From an uncultured delta proteobacterium (GTDB lineage Bacteria > Desulfobacterota > Desulfomonilia > UBA1062): a stretch of 64,000 nucleotides of DNA. Below the pieces are notes generated by a model. The model had not been told where the DNA came from and did not search any database. It saw nothing but the letters and a program-made list of their open reading frames with translations. Position numbers and translations under genes: made by a program. This document shows, piece by piece, positions 63,942-64,000 of the stretch (position 1 is the first letter of the stretch; every line of letters starts with the position of its first letter). The stretch spans positions 96,001 through 160,000 of the forward strand of contig CAWAUM010000003.1 of the NCBI GenBank assembly GCA_963785235.1. Direction: 5' to 3'.

Positions 63942-64000
63942 ATGCAGAATAAGATTAACCACCTTGCCATCATCATGGATGGCAACGGAAGGTGGGCGCA
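63942..64000 (+). CDS. uppS: Undecaprenyl diphosphate synthase, 5' end only
   Basis: MQNKINHLAIIMDGNGRWA. Confidence 0.9.
   Translation, partial: MQNKINHLAIIMDGNGRWA

Overview
Chromosomal window of a moderately GC-rich bacterium, most likely a deltaproteobacterium (Desulfobacterota/Syntrophales-like, inferred from gene content and protein sequences). Nearly all genes are on the minus strand. The right half (31.4-63.5 kb) is the core translation/transcription supercluster: tRNA-Thr/Tyr/Gly/Thr, tuf, rpmG, tRNA-Trp, secE, nusG, rplKAJL, rpoBC, rpsLG, fusA, a second tuf, then the S10, spc and alpha operons, followed by an ECF ATPase. The left half mixes housekeeping and accessory genes: nrfHA, a pseudopilin/HD-GYP/lipoprotein module, ppnP, htpG, a methyltransferase + PilZ-acyltransferase-like protein + V4R-like hybrid kinase cassette, arfB, usp, mlaF-like, nitrilase, a PAS hybrid kinase, ileS, a partial amino-acid ABC transporter and a decayed AAA_14/DUF4143-like ATPase whose 5' end is duplicated. 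Many essential genes carry single-base frameshifts that look like long-read indel errors, so pseudogene calls are uncertain. Best leads: (1) the putative signal synthase/modifier/receptor cassette at 9.2-15.5 kb; (2) a dispersed family of 23-bp-arm palindromes with compensatory changes, one with a flipped loop; (3) an ~80-aa insertion in RNA polymerase beta-prime; (4) an orphan pseudopilin coupled to a c-di-GMP phosphodiesterase.
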